NCBI GenBank assembly: GCA_963790205.1
Contig: CAWBNQ010000001.1
Span: forward strand, 288,001-352,000
From: Nitrospirota bacterium
GTDB lineage: Bacteria; Nitrospirota; UBA9217
Direction of reading: 5' to 3'
DNA: 64,000 nucleotides
A program made the position numbers and the translations under genes. The notes under the pieces were generated by a model that had not been told where the DNA came from, did not search any database, and worked only from the letters and a program-made list of their open reading frames with translations. Each line of letters starts with the position of its first letter. Position 1 is the first letter of the stretch. Shown piece after piece: positions 1 to 9,770 of the stretch.

Positions 1-5
1 AGGCC

Positions 6-392
6 ATGAAAAAAATGGGGCCTGTCATCCGGGCGGCGCGGCAGGAAGAGCTCGAGGAGGGGCAGCAGCGCCGCTCGGCGTCAAGCCGGATGCGCCAGCT
101 CAAGCGCGGCACAATCAAGATCACCGAAGAGCTCGACCTGCACGGGTTCATGAAGGACGAGGCGCTTGTCCGGCTGGACCGCTTCATCGCGTCGGCTTTC
201 GGCCGCGGACAGAAGGCCGTGCTCGTCATTACCGGCAAGGGCATCAATTCTCCCGAAGGGCCGGTGCTGCAGGGAGCGGTAGCAGCCTGGCTGCGCGAGA
301 AGGGGAAGGGGCCGGTCGCCGAGTTCGCCCCGGCCCCCCGCGACCGGGGGGGCAGCGGCGCCTTTGTGGTGTTTATCCGGCAGAAGGGCTGA
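6..392 (+). CDS. Smr/MutS2 C-terminal domain protein (probably 5'-truncated by the window)
   Basis: Smr motifs LDLHG, VITGKG and GGSGA in the translation. Confidence 0.85.
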   Translation: MKKMGPVIRAARQEELEEGQQRRSASSRMRQLKRGTIKITEELDLHGFMKDEALVRLDRFIASAFGRGQKAVLVITGKGINSPEGPVLQGAVAAWLREKGKGPVAEFAPAPRDRGGSGAFVVFIRQKG

Positions 393-423
393 AAAGAAAG
401 GGGCGGGCTGCGGTAATTGTTCG

Positions 424-885
424 TCAGTGTTTCTGATCACACAATGCGTCTGAGGAGCGGGAAAGCGCCGAATTCTTGCCAAGGTCTTTGCATCCGCGGG
501 AGCCCCCGGCCGGCGCCTCCTGTGCGCGGCCTCCCGAGGTATCCTCCGGCGCGACACCCTCGGGACAGCCCTGCGTTTCATGGATTTTTTTCATTTCACG
601 ATACGTAATGATAAACCCATGGGGCGATGACCGCTCCTCGTTTTTGACATGATGATAAAAATCGCACTTCCAGCACCCCGGGAATTTCTTCGCCGTTGTT
701 TCCCGCATTAAGTCCGGACACAGCGAATTATCAATGGTCCAGCACGCCCTTCCGGCGTTTTCCCCGCCATGAACGCCGTTCAGCTCCTCATAAACGGAGA
801 CAGGACACACGCCGGAGCCTGTTGCCGAGCGCCCTCCCGGATGGCGGCCGCACTTCATATATTCCCAGCAATTCAGCTTTTTCAT
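424..885 (-). CDS. Cys-rich two-CW domain-type protein
   Basis: NCWEYMKC...C...GRACW...C...CWKCDFY pattern. Confidence 0.7.
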   Translation of the reverse strand: MKKLNCWEYMKCGRHPGGRSATGSGVCPVSVYEELNGVHGGENAGRACWTIDNSLCPDLMRETTAKKFPGCWKCDFYHHVKNEERSSPHGFIITYREMKKIHETQGCPEGVAPEDTSGGRAQEAPAGGSRGCKDLGKNSALSRSSDALCDQKH

Positions 886-1120
886 TATGCCCCTGCGTCA
901 GTTCCCGGAATACCTTGCCGGTTGTTCACTGATGTTCGGACCGCGCCTTTTTACTCTCGCCCTCAGTATGCATACAATAATGCCCGCGGTAAATCGCCCG
1001 AGACGGGTATTTTCGGGGTATATGCAAAATACAACGACGCAGGTCAAGACCGCGCCCGAAGATCCGGGACGGCTCCGGCGATGCGCGCTCCTTTTCGTCA
1101 AAGCCGGGCTGATTGTCCTG

Positions 1121-1149
1121 TTGACAATTGGGCCGCCCGGCATTACAAT
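1121..1149 (+). promoter_or_regulatory. sigma70 promoter for icd
   Basis: TTGACA (1121-1126), 17-bp spacer, TACAAT (1144-1149); SD AAGGAG at 1181. Confidence 0.7.
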
Positions 1150-1194
1150 CCTGTGCAATCACAGCACACTGCCAACCTTGAAGGAGAGACAACC

Positions 1195-2388
1195 GTGGCG
1201 ATAACCGTAAAAAATCCGATCGTCGAGATGGACGGCGACGAGATGACGCGGATCATCTGGAAGATGATCAAGGACAAGCTGCTCCTGCCTCATCTTGCGC
1301 TGGACCTCGACTATTACGACCTCGGCGTCAAGCGCCGGGACGAGACCGACGACCAGGTGACGATCGATGCAGCGAACGCGGTCAAAGAACACGGCGTGGG
1401 GGTGAAATGCGCGACCATAACGCCGAACGCGGCGCGGGTCAAAGAATACAGCCTCAAGCAGGCATGGAAGAGCCCGAACGGGACGATCCGTTCCATCCTC
1501 GACGGCACGGTCTTCAGAAAGCCGATCATCGTCAGGAACATCCCGCCCGCGGTGCGGAGCTGGAAGAAACCGATCTCGATCGGCAGGCACGCCTACGGCG
1601 ATATCTACCGGTCCGTTGAGTTCAAGGTCCCCGGTGCCGGGACGGCGGAGCTCGTGTTCACGCCCGCGGCCGGAGGCGAACGGGTATCGCTCCCCATTCA
1701 CGAATTCAAAGGCCCCGGCGTGGTCATGGGCATGCACAACACGGAGAAATCGATCAGGAGCTTCTCACGCGCCTGCATCAACTATGCGTTGGGAGAAAAG
1801 TGCGACCTCTGGTTCGGCGCAAAGGACACCATATCCAAGACCTATCACGCGTTCTTCAGGGAAGTCTTCGACCAGGAGGCCGGGGCAAAGAAGGCCGAGT
1901 TCGAGAAGGCCGGGGCCAGATACCGCTACATGCTGATCGACGACGCCGTGGCGCAGATCATGAAAGCGGAAGGCGGGATGCTCTGGGCCTGCATGAACTA
2001 CGACGGCGACGTGATGAGCGACATGGTGGCCTCGGGCTTCGGCAGCCTGGGCCTGATGACGTCCGTCCTCGTCTCGCCCGAAGGCAAGTACGTTTACGAG
2101 GCGGCCCACGGCACGGTCATGCGCCACTATTACGAGCACCTCAAGGGGAACCCCACGTCGACCAACTCCGTTGCCTCCATCTTCGCCTGGACCGGGGCCA
2201 TCGCGCGGCGCGGAGAGCTTGACGGCACGCGCGACGTTGTCGAGTTCGCGCGAAGGCTGGAAGCCATCGTGGTCAGGACCATCGAGGACGGGACCATGAC
2301 CAAGGACCTCGCCGCGATCGCCGAGCCGAGGCCGGGCAAGTACGCGCTCACCGAGGAGTTCATCGATGCGGTCGCGAAACAACTTTGA
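1195..2388 (+). CDS. icd: NADP-dependent isocitrate dehydrogenase (type II)
   Basis: [30 protein letters not shown] and EAAHGTV motifs; GTG start after SD. Confidence 0.95.
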   Translation: MAITVKNPIVEMDGDEMTRIIWKMIKDKLLLPHLALDLDYYDLGVKRRDETDDQVTIDAANAVKEHGVGVKCATITPNAARVKEYSLKQAWKSPNGTIRSILDGTVFRKPIIVRNIPPAVRSWKKPISIGRHAYGDIYRSVEFKVPGAGTAELVFTPAAGGERVSLPIHEFKGPGVVMGMHNTEKSIRSFSRACINYALGEKCDLWFGAKDTISKTYHAFFREVFDQEAGAKKAEFEKAGARYRYMLIDDAVAQIMKAEGGMLWACMNYDGDVMSDMVASGFGSLGLMTSVLVSPEGKYVYEAAHGTVMRHYYEHLKGNPTSTNSVASIFAWTGAIARRGELDGTRDVVEFARRLEAIVVRTIEDGTMTKDLAAIAEPRPGKYALTEEFIDAVAKQL

Positions 2389-2429
2389 TCTGCCTTCAAT
2401 AACCCGATTTCTTCCGCGCATCCGCGGCG

Positions 2430-2864
2430 CTATTTGCAGTTGCCGACCCTCCTGCCGCTGACGTGTTGCACCATCTTCGACGAGCCGTGCTTCTTGTCAG
2501 GGGTCAGCATGGTCAGGGTGCCCTGGTAGGATGTTGATCCCTTGTAGAGCATTTCTCCGCTTCCCGTGCTGCCGTTCTTGCACTGCATGTTCCAGGTCAC
2601 TTTGCCGCCTGAAACAACGTAGTCCTTGACCGTGCAGTCATTTTTTTTGCCCGGGGAATTGGGGACCGTTCTTTTCGGGTCCTTCAGGTCCTCTTTGGTG
2701 ATGCACTGGGTGAACACGATCGGCGGCATGGGGAAGGGCGCACCCGGCATGTCCATTTTCATGGTAACCTCCCATTTCCCCTCCTGCATGGCGGCTGGCG
2801 CGGCGAACAGTGCTGCAGCGGGCAGGGCTGCGATGAACGCGATGATCAATCCGGTCTTCTTCAT
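2430..2864 (-). CDS. Secreted DUF3617-like protein
   Basis: Signal peptide, G.WEVT motif, TQCIT...C...C, C-terminal GRRVGNC. Confidence 0.75.
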   Translation of the reverse strand: MKKTGLIIAFIAALPAAALFAAPAAMQEGKWEVTMKMDMPGAPFPMPPIVFTQCITKEDLKDPKRTVPNSPGKKNDCTVKDYVVSGGKVTWNMQCKNGSTGSGEMLYKGSTSYQGTLTMLTPDKKHGSSKMVQHVSGRRVGNCK

Positions 2865-3241
2865 GGCAATATCTCCTTTCTCGTGTTTTGTAAAGCATAG
2901 CGGACGCGTCCTTTCCTGTCAACAGCCGATGCTACGCCGCATTCTGAAGTCTTCATTCTTACTTCATACTTCCTTACTTCGAAATCTGATTTCCCTCCTC
3001 CCGAAAACCTTCAGGAATTTCGAAGCGAAAACTCAGGGAATCCCCGATGCCGATTTTCTTACGCCTCCGCCGTCTTTGCTTGATTTTTCGGGATAAGTGT
3101 ACTATCCTCGTGGTGAACAGAATAAGGAAGAAGTGGGAATTAAGAAGGATGAAATAAAGAGAGGTTCATTTTCATGCTTCTTAATTCTTAATTGATGTAA
3201 ACATAATTCCTAATTCATACTTCTTAATTGGAGGTTGCTTC

Positions 3242-3727
3242 ATGAACACGAATAAGCCGTCTCGCACTGTTCCTTTCATCTTCGGATTGGTACTGGGTGT
3301 CCTGGGCGCGGTCTTCCTGCCCAACTACGTGCGGCCCTACATCCCCGAGTGGGTGACGGGCAAGGCGCCTGTCGTCGTCAAAGGGACCGTCACGGCCAAG
3401 CTGAAAAAAGACCATGCTCTTCTTCTGACCGTGGATACGCCCGACGGCGTGCTTTTGGCCACCTTCAAGAAGAAGGTCGACGAGATCAACCTTCTGGTCA
3501 ACGAGAAAGACGAGCTCGAATTTACCCTGCCGAAGTACATGCCCTTTATCGACGACCCGAAGATCATACGGGTTGTAAAAGAACAGCCGGCGGCCCCCGG
3601 ACCGGCCCCTGAAGCCAAGCCTGCGGATAAAAGCACAAAGGAAGTTAAACCCAGGCGGCGGGAGAAACCGCAGGCCGCTCCCCCGGCTCCCGGCGCAACA
3701 GAAATGAAACCGAAGGAGAACAAGTAA
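3242..3727 (+). CDS. Hypothetical membrane-anchored protein
   Basis: GGAGG SD, N-terminal TM segment, Pro/Lys-rich tail. Confidence 0.7.
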   Translation: MNTNKPSRTVPFIFGLVLGVLGAVFLPNYVRPYIPEWVTGKAPVVVKGTVTAKLKKDHALLLTVDTPDGVLLATFKKKVDEINLLVNEKDELEFTLPKYMPFIDDPKIIRVVKEQPAAPGPAPEAKPADKSTKEVKPRRREKPQAAPPAPGATEMKPKENK

Positions 3728-3848
3728 GAAGGGAAAGCAAGTATGAAGTAAGAATGCAGAAGTAGGAAATTTGTTTTCTTAATTCATAATACTTACTTCT
3801 TAATTTTGTTTAATGAAGGGCCGATAATATTCTGGAGATCATCAAGCA

Positions 3849-3945
3849 TTTGTCCACAGACCTTATGATTAACGCAGATGGATTCTGGTTTAAAAGGAAG
3901 ACTTGCTTTTTCTGCGTGCTCTGCGACATCTGCGGATAAAATAGG
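3849..3945. repeat. REP-like palindromic unit (CCACAGA...ATCTGCGG family)
   Basis: Similar to the unit reconstituted from 3958-3969 plus 5393-5485; related motifs near 14382 and 18091. Confidence 0.6.
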
Positions 3946-4049
3946 TTCTGGAAGAAGTTTGTCCACAGACCTTATGATTAAAAAGGCAAGTCTGACTTAA
4001 GGTATATTAGGTCTATCCCGGACCAAAATACACCAAAAGGAGACTTGCC

Positions 4050-5120
4050 ATGAATAACGTTAGCAGACTCGATTTCACTGGTCAACAAATTTATGTCGGT
4101 ATGGACATTCATAAGAAAAGTTGGAGCATCAGTATTTTTACCGATCAGTTCGAGCATAAGACCTTTTCACAACCTCCGGAGGTCGGGGTGCTGGTAAACT
4201 ATCTCAAACGCAATTTTCCGGGTGCAGCCTATAAGTCGGTCTATGAGGCCGGTTACTCCGGTTTCTGGATACATGACCGGCTTCAGGAGCGAGGCATACA
4301 ATGTCTCGTGGTCAATCCGGCGGATGTGCCCACAAAAGACAAAGAGCGCGCAGGCAAGACCGACCGGGTGGACTGCCGCAAGCTAGCCCGGAGCCTCAGA
4401 AACGGCGACATCGAAGGGATCTATGTCCCTACGCGACCAAAAGTCGAGGACCGCAGCCTCCTTCGTACTCGAAATAGCATGGTAAGGAAACAAACTCGCT
4501 GCAAGAACCAGATCAAGTCGATCCTGAGCTTTTACGGTATCGACATACCGGACGATTTCATCAACGGTTACTGGTCCAAACGCTTCATCAATTGGATCGA
4601 GTCCGTACAAATGGAGCGGGCCAGCGGCAACCTATCACTCAAGATACACTTAGACGAGCTTAAGCATCTTCGGCATATCATTGCCGAGATGAACCGGGCG
4701 ATCCGCGCCCTGGCCAATTCGGACGACTATCGGAACAATGTCCGGATACTTAAGACCGTGCCGGGAATCAGTACCTTGACCGCGATGATGCTCTTGACGG
4801 AGCTGTATGACATCAATCGTTTCAAGACGCTCGACAAACTCTGCAGCTACGTTGGCCTTATCCCCGATACCGATTCCAGCGGGGAAAAGGACCTTAAAAC
4901 CGGCATGACCGGCAGGCGGAACGCCCAGCTTCGCTTCGTCTTGATCGAAAGCGCTTGGACGGCGGTGCGAAAAGACCCTGCCCTAATGATGGCGTTCAAT
5001 GAGCTGTGCAAACACATGACAAAGACCAAAGCTATCGTTCGGATCGCCCGGAAGCTGTTAAACCGCGTCCGGTACGTTTTAAAGAACCAACAAGAATACA
5101 CTACGGCGGTTGTTCAATAA
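4050..5120 (+). CDS. IS110 family transposase/recombinase
   Basis: RuvC-like DEDD (GMDIHK, YEAG, KTDRVD), VPGI HhH, SYVGLIP...DSSG catalytic Ser region. Confidence 0.95.
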   Translation: MNNVSRLDFTGQQIYVGMDIHKKSWSISIFTDQFEHKTFSQPPEVGVLVNYLKRNFPGAAYKSVYEAGYSGFWIHDRLQERGIQCLVVNPADVPTKDKERAGKTDRVDCRKLARSLRNGDIEGIYVPTRPKVEDRSLLRTRNSMVRKQTRCKNQIKSILSFYGIDIPDDFINGYWSKRFINWIESVQMERASGNLSLKIHLDELKHLRHIIAEMNRAIRALANSDDYRNNVRILKTVPGISTLTAMMLLTELYDINRFKTLDKLCSYVGLIPDTDSSGEKDLKTGMTGRRNAQLRFVLIESAWTAVRKDPALMMAFNELCKHMTKTKAIVRIARKLLNRVRYVLKNQQEYTTAVVQ

Positions 5121-5368
5121 AAAACCGATATTTATAGCCGATCTTAAACCCGTGTTTCACCGTGGGTATCGTCTTGCGTAATCTACAGCGGATCGAAAGA
5201 TGCCGTCTGTGCTTCCACAGACTACGAACCCACGCCTTCATAATTAATCAAGGCAATGCAGCGTTTTCTTCATCAACGAAGACTGTCTGCTCATAGAAGA
5301 TTGGGTTTGAAGATTGCGTTCGCTATAAATCGCTCCTTAATAAAAGAGATGCGTTTATGCCAAAAGAA
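5121..5368 (+). ncRNA. Putative bridge/seek RNA of the IS110 element
   Basis: Two stem-internal loop-stem domains (about 5161-5234 and 5237-5311) whose loops contain GTAATCT/TCCACAGA (target) and AAGG/CATAGAAGA (donor). Confidence 0.75.
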
Positions 5369-5496
5369 AGACTTGCTTTTTAACATAGAAGATTACACAG
5401 ATCACACAGATGAATGCTTGGGTTTTAAATCCAGAAGTCTTTTGGTTTTATCTGCGGCCATCTGCGCCATCTGCGGATAGATAGGTCTGAATTTTG

Positions 5497-5685
5497 ATGT
5501 CAAAGAGCCCATTTGTAGATGAAGAGCTGTGCATAGGCTGCGGCCACTGCATGGAAGTTTGTCCCCAGGTTTTCGAGCTCATCAACGAGAAGTCGAACGT
5601 GATCGGGCCGGACAAGTGCGGCACCTGCAACTGCCAGGAAGCGATCGATACCTGCCCGGTGCAGGCGATCAGCTGGGAGGAGTAG
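5497..5685 (+). CDS. Ferredoxin (single cluster)
   Basis: CIGCGHC...CP and CPVQAI motifs, 62 aa. Confidence 0.9.
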   Translation: MSKSPFVDEELCIGCGHCMEVCPQVFELINEKSNVIGPDKCGTCNCQEAIDTCPVQAISWEE

Positions 5686-5709
5686 GGGGCGAAGAGGAAT
5701 AACCCTATC

Positions 5710-6120
5710 ATGAAAAAACAAGTCGAGTATCTGCAGAAGCTGTTTTACGACATCTGGAATGATTTCGGAAGCGTCTATCTCATCGTAAAATACTCAGACA
5801 GATCCAGCATCGGCAAACGCGGTTTTACCGAAGAAGAGAAGAAGCAGGGACTCATCCTCGTCTTTAACAACAAGACCGGCAATACGCTGGACTGGGATGC
5901 CGAGGGAAACCTCACCTGCGTCCTCGCCTTTGGTGAACGGAAAGAAGAGCTCTCCATCCATCACGATGACCTGCTGGGCGTGTTCTCGTCGGAAGCAGGA
6001 GTGCAGTTTCTGAGAGGCGATGCGAGCAAAGAACCGGCGGCAGCACCCGGGACGGATGCCGTGCAGGGTGACGATAAACAGGTCGTTTCGATGAGCAGTT
6101 TTAAAAAAAGAAAGAAATAG
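5710..6120 (+). CDS. Hypothetical protein, possibly SspB-like
   Basis: Clean ORF; tail VVSMSSFKKRKK resembles the SspB VVSLDxFRKK tail. Confidence 0.55.
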   Translation: MKKQVEYLQKLFYDIWNDFGSVYLIVKYSDRSSIGKRGFTEEEKKQGLILVFNNKTGNTLDWDAEGNLTCVLAFGERKEELSIHHDDLLGVFSSEAGVQFLRGDASKEPAAAPGTDAVQGDDKQVVSMSSFKKRKK

Positions 6121-6697
6121 ATCGCAGGCGGGATATATTATAAAGCGTAAGCAGGTAAGAGTAGGATTTATGAAGTAAGAAATTTTTCATAATTCATAAT
6201 TCTTACTTCGTAATTCTTAATTGTTGTGAGTGAAGGGCTGATATGCCGCCTGTAAAATAAGAGGTTGCCTTATTTTAGTTTTTGTGTAAAATCTAAAATA
6301 ACCAGCATGCTTGTTTTAGCATAACACGCTAGCCGCTGAAAAAGTCCTCTTGAAGAAGGAAGGCGAATTTTAGGGACGTTGATACCCAGCGTGCAAAAAG
6401 TTTTCCCGTACTTCGAAGGCTGGCAAGAAGATGTTGTTGTTGAAATGGCGTGAAGAGAAAAGGCCGAGAGGAAGAGCTCATGCCGTCGGCGACATCGGCA
6501 TATCCACGATCACCTTTGCGGAACTTCGCTACGGCGTCTCCAAGAGCCAGCACATCCAAAAAAAACCAGCAAGCCCTCGATGAGTTCATTCTCCCCCTCG
6601 AAATCGCGGACTTCGATGAAAAGGCGACCCAGGAATACGGAGCAATCCGGGCAGCGCTCGAAAGAGCAGGGTGAACTGCACCCCTGAGTTTGGACAG

Positions 6698-7519
6698 TTA
6701 GCTTAGAGTAATCGGACAGGGTGCTTTTTGAATCTGATTTATCAGCATTGCCTCGTATTCAGTTGGAGGAACGTAATCCAGTGAGGCATGTAGTCGTTCC
6801 TGATTATACACTTGCTCGATGAAGTATGGAAGCCGTCTGAGAACGTCATCCAGGGTCCGGTATTCCCAGAGATAGACTTCCTCGGTCTTTACGGTTTTCA
6901 TGAAGCTTTCGGCGAAGGCGTTGTCGTACGGATTGCCACTCCGAGACATGCTAATCTGGAAACCATGGCTTTTTAGCTCGTCGATGTAGTCATGAGCTGC
7001 ATACTGTACTCCTCGGTCCGAATGGTGAATCGCGCCGGGAAGGGGGTTTCTGCTCTGGATCGCCATCCGAAGCGCTGAGAGGCTCAATGCCGTGTCGATA
7101 TTCCGTGAGATGGCATATCCAATTGCTTTCCGCGAACAGAGATCCAGAATAACCGCCAGGTATACGAAGCCGACTGCGATCCGGATATAGGTGATATCGG
7201 CAACCCATACCTGATTGAGGCTGGTTACCCGCAGGTCTTTAGTCAGGTTCGGATATACGGGATAAGGATGGTTGCTGTCAGTGGTTCTGACGAAGCGCCT
7301 GGTTTTCTTGACCAGAAGGCCCTTTTCCCGCATGATCCGGTGCACTTTTTTGTGGTTTACCGGGACAGCTTCCCGATGCAGCTGACGAGTGACTTTCCGA
7401 TACCCGGCTTTCGGGAACTCTTCGGTGATTTCCTCGATCCGGTTGACCAGGACCTGGTCCTCAGGGAGCAGTTCCTGTTTCTTTGAATTATAATAGTAGC
7501 TGCTTCGAGGGAGCTTCAT
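6698..7519 (-). CDS. IS3 family transposase OrfB (rve DDE)
   Basis: WVADITYI, HHSDRGVQY, DNAFAES motifs. Confidence 0.95.
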   Translation of the reverse strand: MKLPRSSYYYNSKKQELLPEDQVLVNRIEEITEEFPKAGYRKVTRQLHREAVPVNHKKVHRIMREKGLLVKKTRRFVRTTDSNHPYPVYPNLTKDLRVTSLNQVWVADITYIRIAVGFVYLAVILDLCSRKAIGYAISRNIDTALSLSALRMAIQSRNPLPGAIHHSDRGVQYAAHDYIDELKSHGFQISMSRSGNPYDNAFAESFMKTVKTEEVYLWEYRTLDDVLRRLPYFIEQVYNQERLHASLDYVPPTEYEAMLINQIQKAPCPITLS

Positions 7520-7869
7520 GAGTTCGCACCCCCTCGTGACGGTTTTGATAAGGTCTCGGTGGTCGGTAATGAACTGCCTTTTTTTCGGGACTGATCGAAG
7601 CTCTGATGCAGCGCTTTTTTTAAAAACTCATTTTCCAGGTGAGCTTTTCCGAGCGCCTGCTCCAACTGGCCGATACGTTCTTCCAAAGCAGCTTCTTTGG
7701 CAGAGTCGGCCTCGAAGCTGTTTTTGATAAACTGCTTCCTCCAATGATACAGAAGCCCGGAGGAAATGCTGTGTCTCCGGCAGAGCTGGGCCGCAGTGCT
7801 GACCCCGCTCAAGTATTCTTCAACAACTTGGCGCTTGAATTCGGTACTGAACTTCCTCTGTTTGCTCAT
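7516..7869 (-). CDS. IS3 family transposase OrfA (HTH)
   Basis: RKFSTEFKRQVV HTH; A7G slippery motif for -1 frameshift. Confidence 0.9.
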   Translation of the reverse strand: MSKQRKFSTEFKRQVVEEYLSGVSTAAQLCRRHSISSGLLYHWRKQFIKNSFEADSAKEAALEERIGQLEQALGKAHLENEFLKKALHQSFDQSRKKGSSLPTTETLSKPSRGGANS

Positions 7870-8297
7870 GACAAGATCCTTTCTGCCCCTCGGGGCTGAA
7901 GATCCTGTCCGACATTCTAACATATTTGTCTAAACGGAGGGGGTCAGTTCAGGGAAGCCCACCGGATCAATGGGCATGCTGATAGGAGCGCACGCTTTTC
8001 GCTCTCGGCGCGACTCTTGTTACCAATAACACCAAAGAGTTTAAGCAAATAAGGAACCTGAAGATCGTAGATGGAGCGCGTAGCCGGCTTAGAGGACATT
8101 CTAGGCCAGGTCTTTGACGTTTAAACACCCAAGTCAGGGCTATAGTGTTTGCCTTTCGCGTTTTCGCTCGGAATCCCCCGCGACCTCTCAGGGTTGCGCC
8201 GCTGTTGACACCTGCCCGTTCCTGACCTATATTTCCCCGAAAGAATTGATGCAAGCCGCATGATGCTCACCTGACAACAGGATCCTGTGATAGAGAG

Positions 8298-9647
8298 GTG
8301 TCAACCATGAGAACAGGCCGCAAAACCGGTCTCACCCGGCTCCAGACGATGTTCACGGAGATCTTCGGACTTGGCCGCGCGGCAGCGCTCAGCGCCGCGC
8401 TTTTGGTCAGCCTGGTCACGATCGGCGCCGTATTCTGGTTCTTTTATTCGGCCCCTCCGCGCACCCTTATCATCACGAGCGGCCCCGAGGGCAGCATCTT
8501 CCGGATGAATGCCGATAAGTACCGCGTCATACTGGCGCGAAGCGGGGTTACGGTGAAGGTCCTTCCGTCCCAGGGCTCGCTGGAAAATCTCAAGAGGCTT
8601 GCAGACCCTTCGTTCAAGGCCGACATCGGGTTCGTCCAGGGCGGAGTGGCCGAGGGGCTGGCTGTCGACAAGCTGGCTTCGCTCGGGAGCGTTTCCTATG
8701 AACCGCTCCTGGTCTTTTACAGAAGCTCGCGGTCTCTCGATCTGCTTTCCCGGCTGAACGGCAAGCGGCTCGCCATCGGTCCGGAGGGCAGCGGAACGCG
8801 GTCCCTGGCCCTGGTCCTGCTCGCTGCCAACGGCATCGAACCCGGCGACGCGACCGCGCTCACGGACCTCGACGCTGAAGACGCGGCAAAAGCGTTGATC
8901 GAAGGCAGGGTCGACGCCGTGTTCCTGATGGGGGACGCCGCCTCGCCGCAGACCATGCGCACGCTCCTGCGGACCCCCGGGATCCGGCTTTTCGATTTCA
9001 CCCAGGCCGATGGTTATACGCGCCGCATTGGCTACTTGAACAAGCTGGATCTGCCGAAGGGCTCCATCGATTTCGGCAGGGACATACCGGCGCACGATGT
9101 CTCGCTGATCGGCCCCACGGTCGAGCTCATTGCGCGGGCCGACCTGCACCCCGCGCTGTCGGACCTGCTGCTCGAAGCCGCGCGTGAAGTGCACGGAAAA
9201 CCCGGCCTGTTCAAGCGCCGGGGCGAGTTCCCGGCCCCGCTCGAACACGAATTCCCCATAAGCCCCGATGCAGCGCGCTTCTACAAATCAGGCAAGAGCT
9301 TCCTCTACCGGTACCTTCCCTACCGGCTGGCAAACCTGGTGAACCGCTTCCTCATGGTGGCAGTGCCCATGGTCGTGGTACTGCTCCCGGGACTTCGGAG
9401 CATACCCGCGCTCTATCGCTGGCGGATCAGGCTGCGCATCTACCGGTGGTACCGTGCATTGCTGATGCTCGAACGGGACCTTATCGCGCGGCCGGCGGCC
9501 GGGGAGCGGGAAAAGATCCTCGGCCTGCTCGATCATATCGAAGAGCAAGTCAACAAAATGAAGGTGCCGGCGGCCTTCGCCGACCAGTTCTATGTGCTCC
9601 GCGGCCACATCGATTTTGTCCGCGGCCGTCTCTTGAAAAGCGCGTAG
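8298..9647 (+). CDS. TAXI-family TRAP solute-binding protein, membrane-anchored
   Basis: GSLENL, YEPL, AIGPEGSGTR motifs; N- and C-terminal TM segments. Confidence 0.85.
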   Translation: MSTMRTGRKTGLTRLQTMFTEIFGLGRAAALSAALLVSLVTIGAVFWFFYSAPPRTLIITSGPEGSIFRMNADKYRVILARSGVTVKVLPSQGSLENLKRLADPSFKADIGFVQGGVAEGLAVDKLASLGSVSYEPLLVFYRSSRSLDLLSRLNGKRLAIGPEGSGTRSLALVLLAANGIEPGDATALTDLDAEDAAKALIEGRVDAVFLMGDAASPQTMRTLLRTPGIRLFDFTQADGYTRRIGYLNKLDLPKGSIDFGRDIPAHDVSLIGPTVELIARADLHPALSDLLLEAAREVHGKPGLFKRRGEFPAPLEHEFPISPDAARFYKSGKSFLYRYLPYRLANLVNRFLMVAVPMVVVLLPGLRSIPALYRWRIRLRIYRWYRALLMLERDLIARPAAGEREKILGLLDHIEEQVNKMKVPAAFADQFYVLRGHIDFVRGRLLKSA

Positions 9648-9770
9648 CGTCCCAAGCATCCTACCAGGGGCGTCTTAAGGCGCCCGTTATACGGTTATAC
9701 AGGTCTTTACTCTTTACATTCCCCATTTTCTCATAAACGGCTTATTCGTCATGGCGTGAAGCAGCGCTCG

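Larger units (their letters stand above)
3970..5392 (+). mobile_element. IS110 family (IS1111-type) insertion sequence, intact
   Basis: Subterminal IRs TTAAAAAGGCAAGTCT (3978-3993) and AGACTTGCTTTTTAA (5369-5383); GA core at 3968-3969 and 5391-5392; removing it restores CCACAGATTACACAGAT. Confidence 0.85.
6672..7951 (-). mobile_element. IS3 family element, copy 1 (1280 bp)
   Basis: TG...CA terminal IRs (TGAACTGCACCCC / GGGGGTCAGTTCA); 3-bp TSD GGG at 6669-6671 and 7952-7954. Confidence 0.95.
6475..8083 (+). pseudogene. vapC: VapC/PIN toxin remnant interrupted by IS3
   Basis: GDIGISTITFAELRYG...YGAIRAALERAG before the IS; KPTGSMGMLIGAHA...LVTNNTKEF after it; extra frameshifts, N-terminus missing. 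Confidence 0.8.

Noticed and set aside
769..1194. Long N-terminal extension of Icd in the ORF track
   Set aside because: The promoter and SD point to GTG 1195, and the upstream part overlaps the opposite-strand gene. Similar over-extended starts for valS, ilvE, coaX and comM were trimmed.
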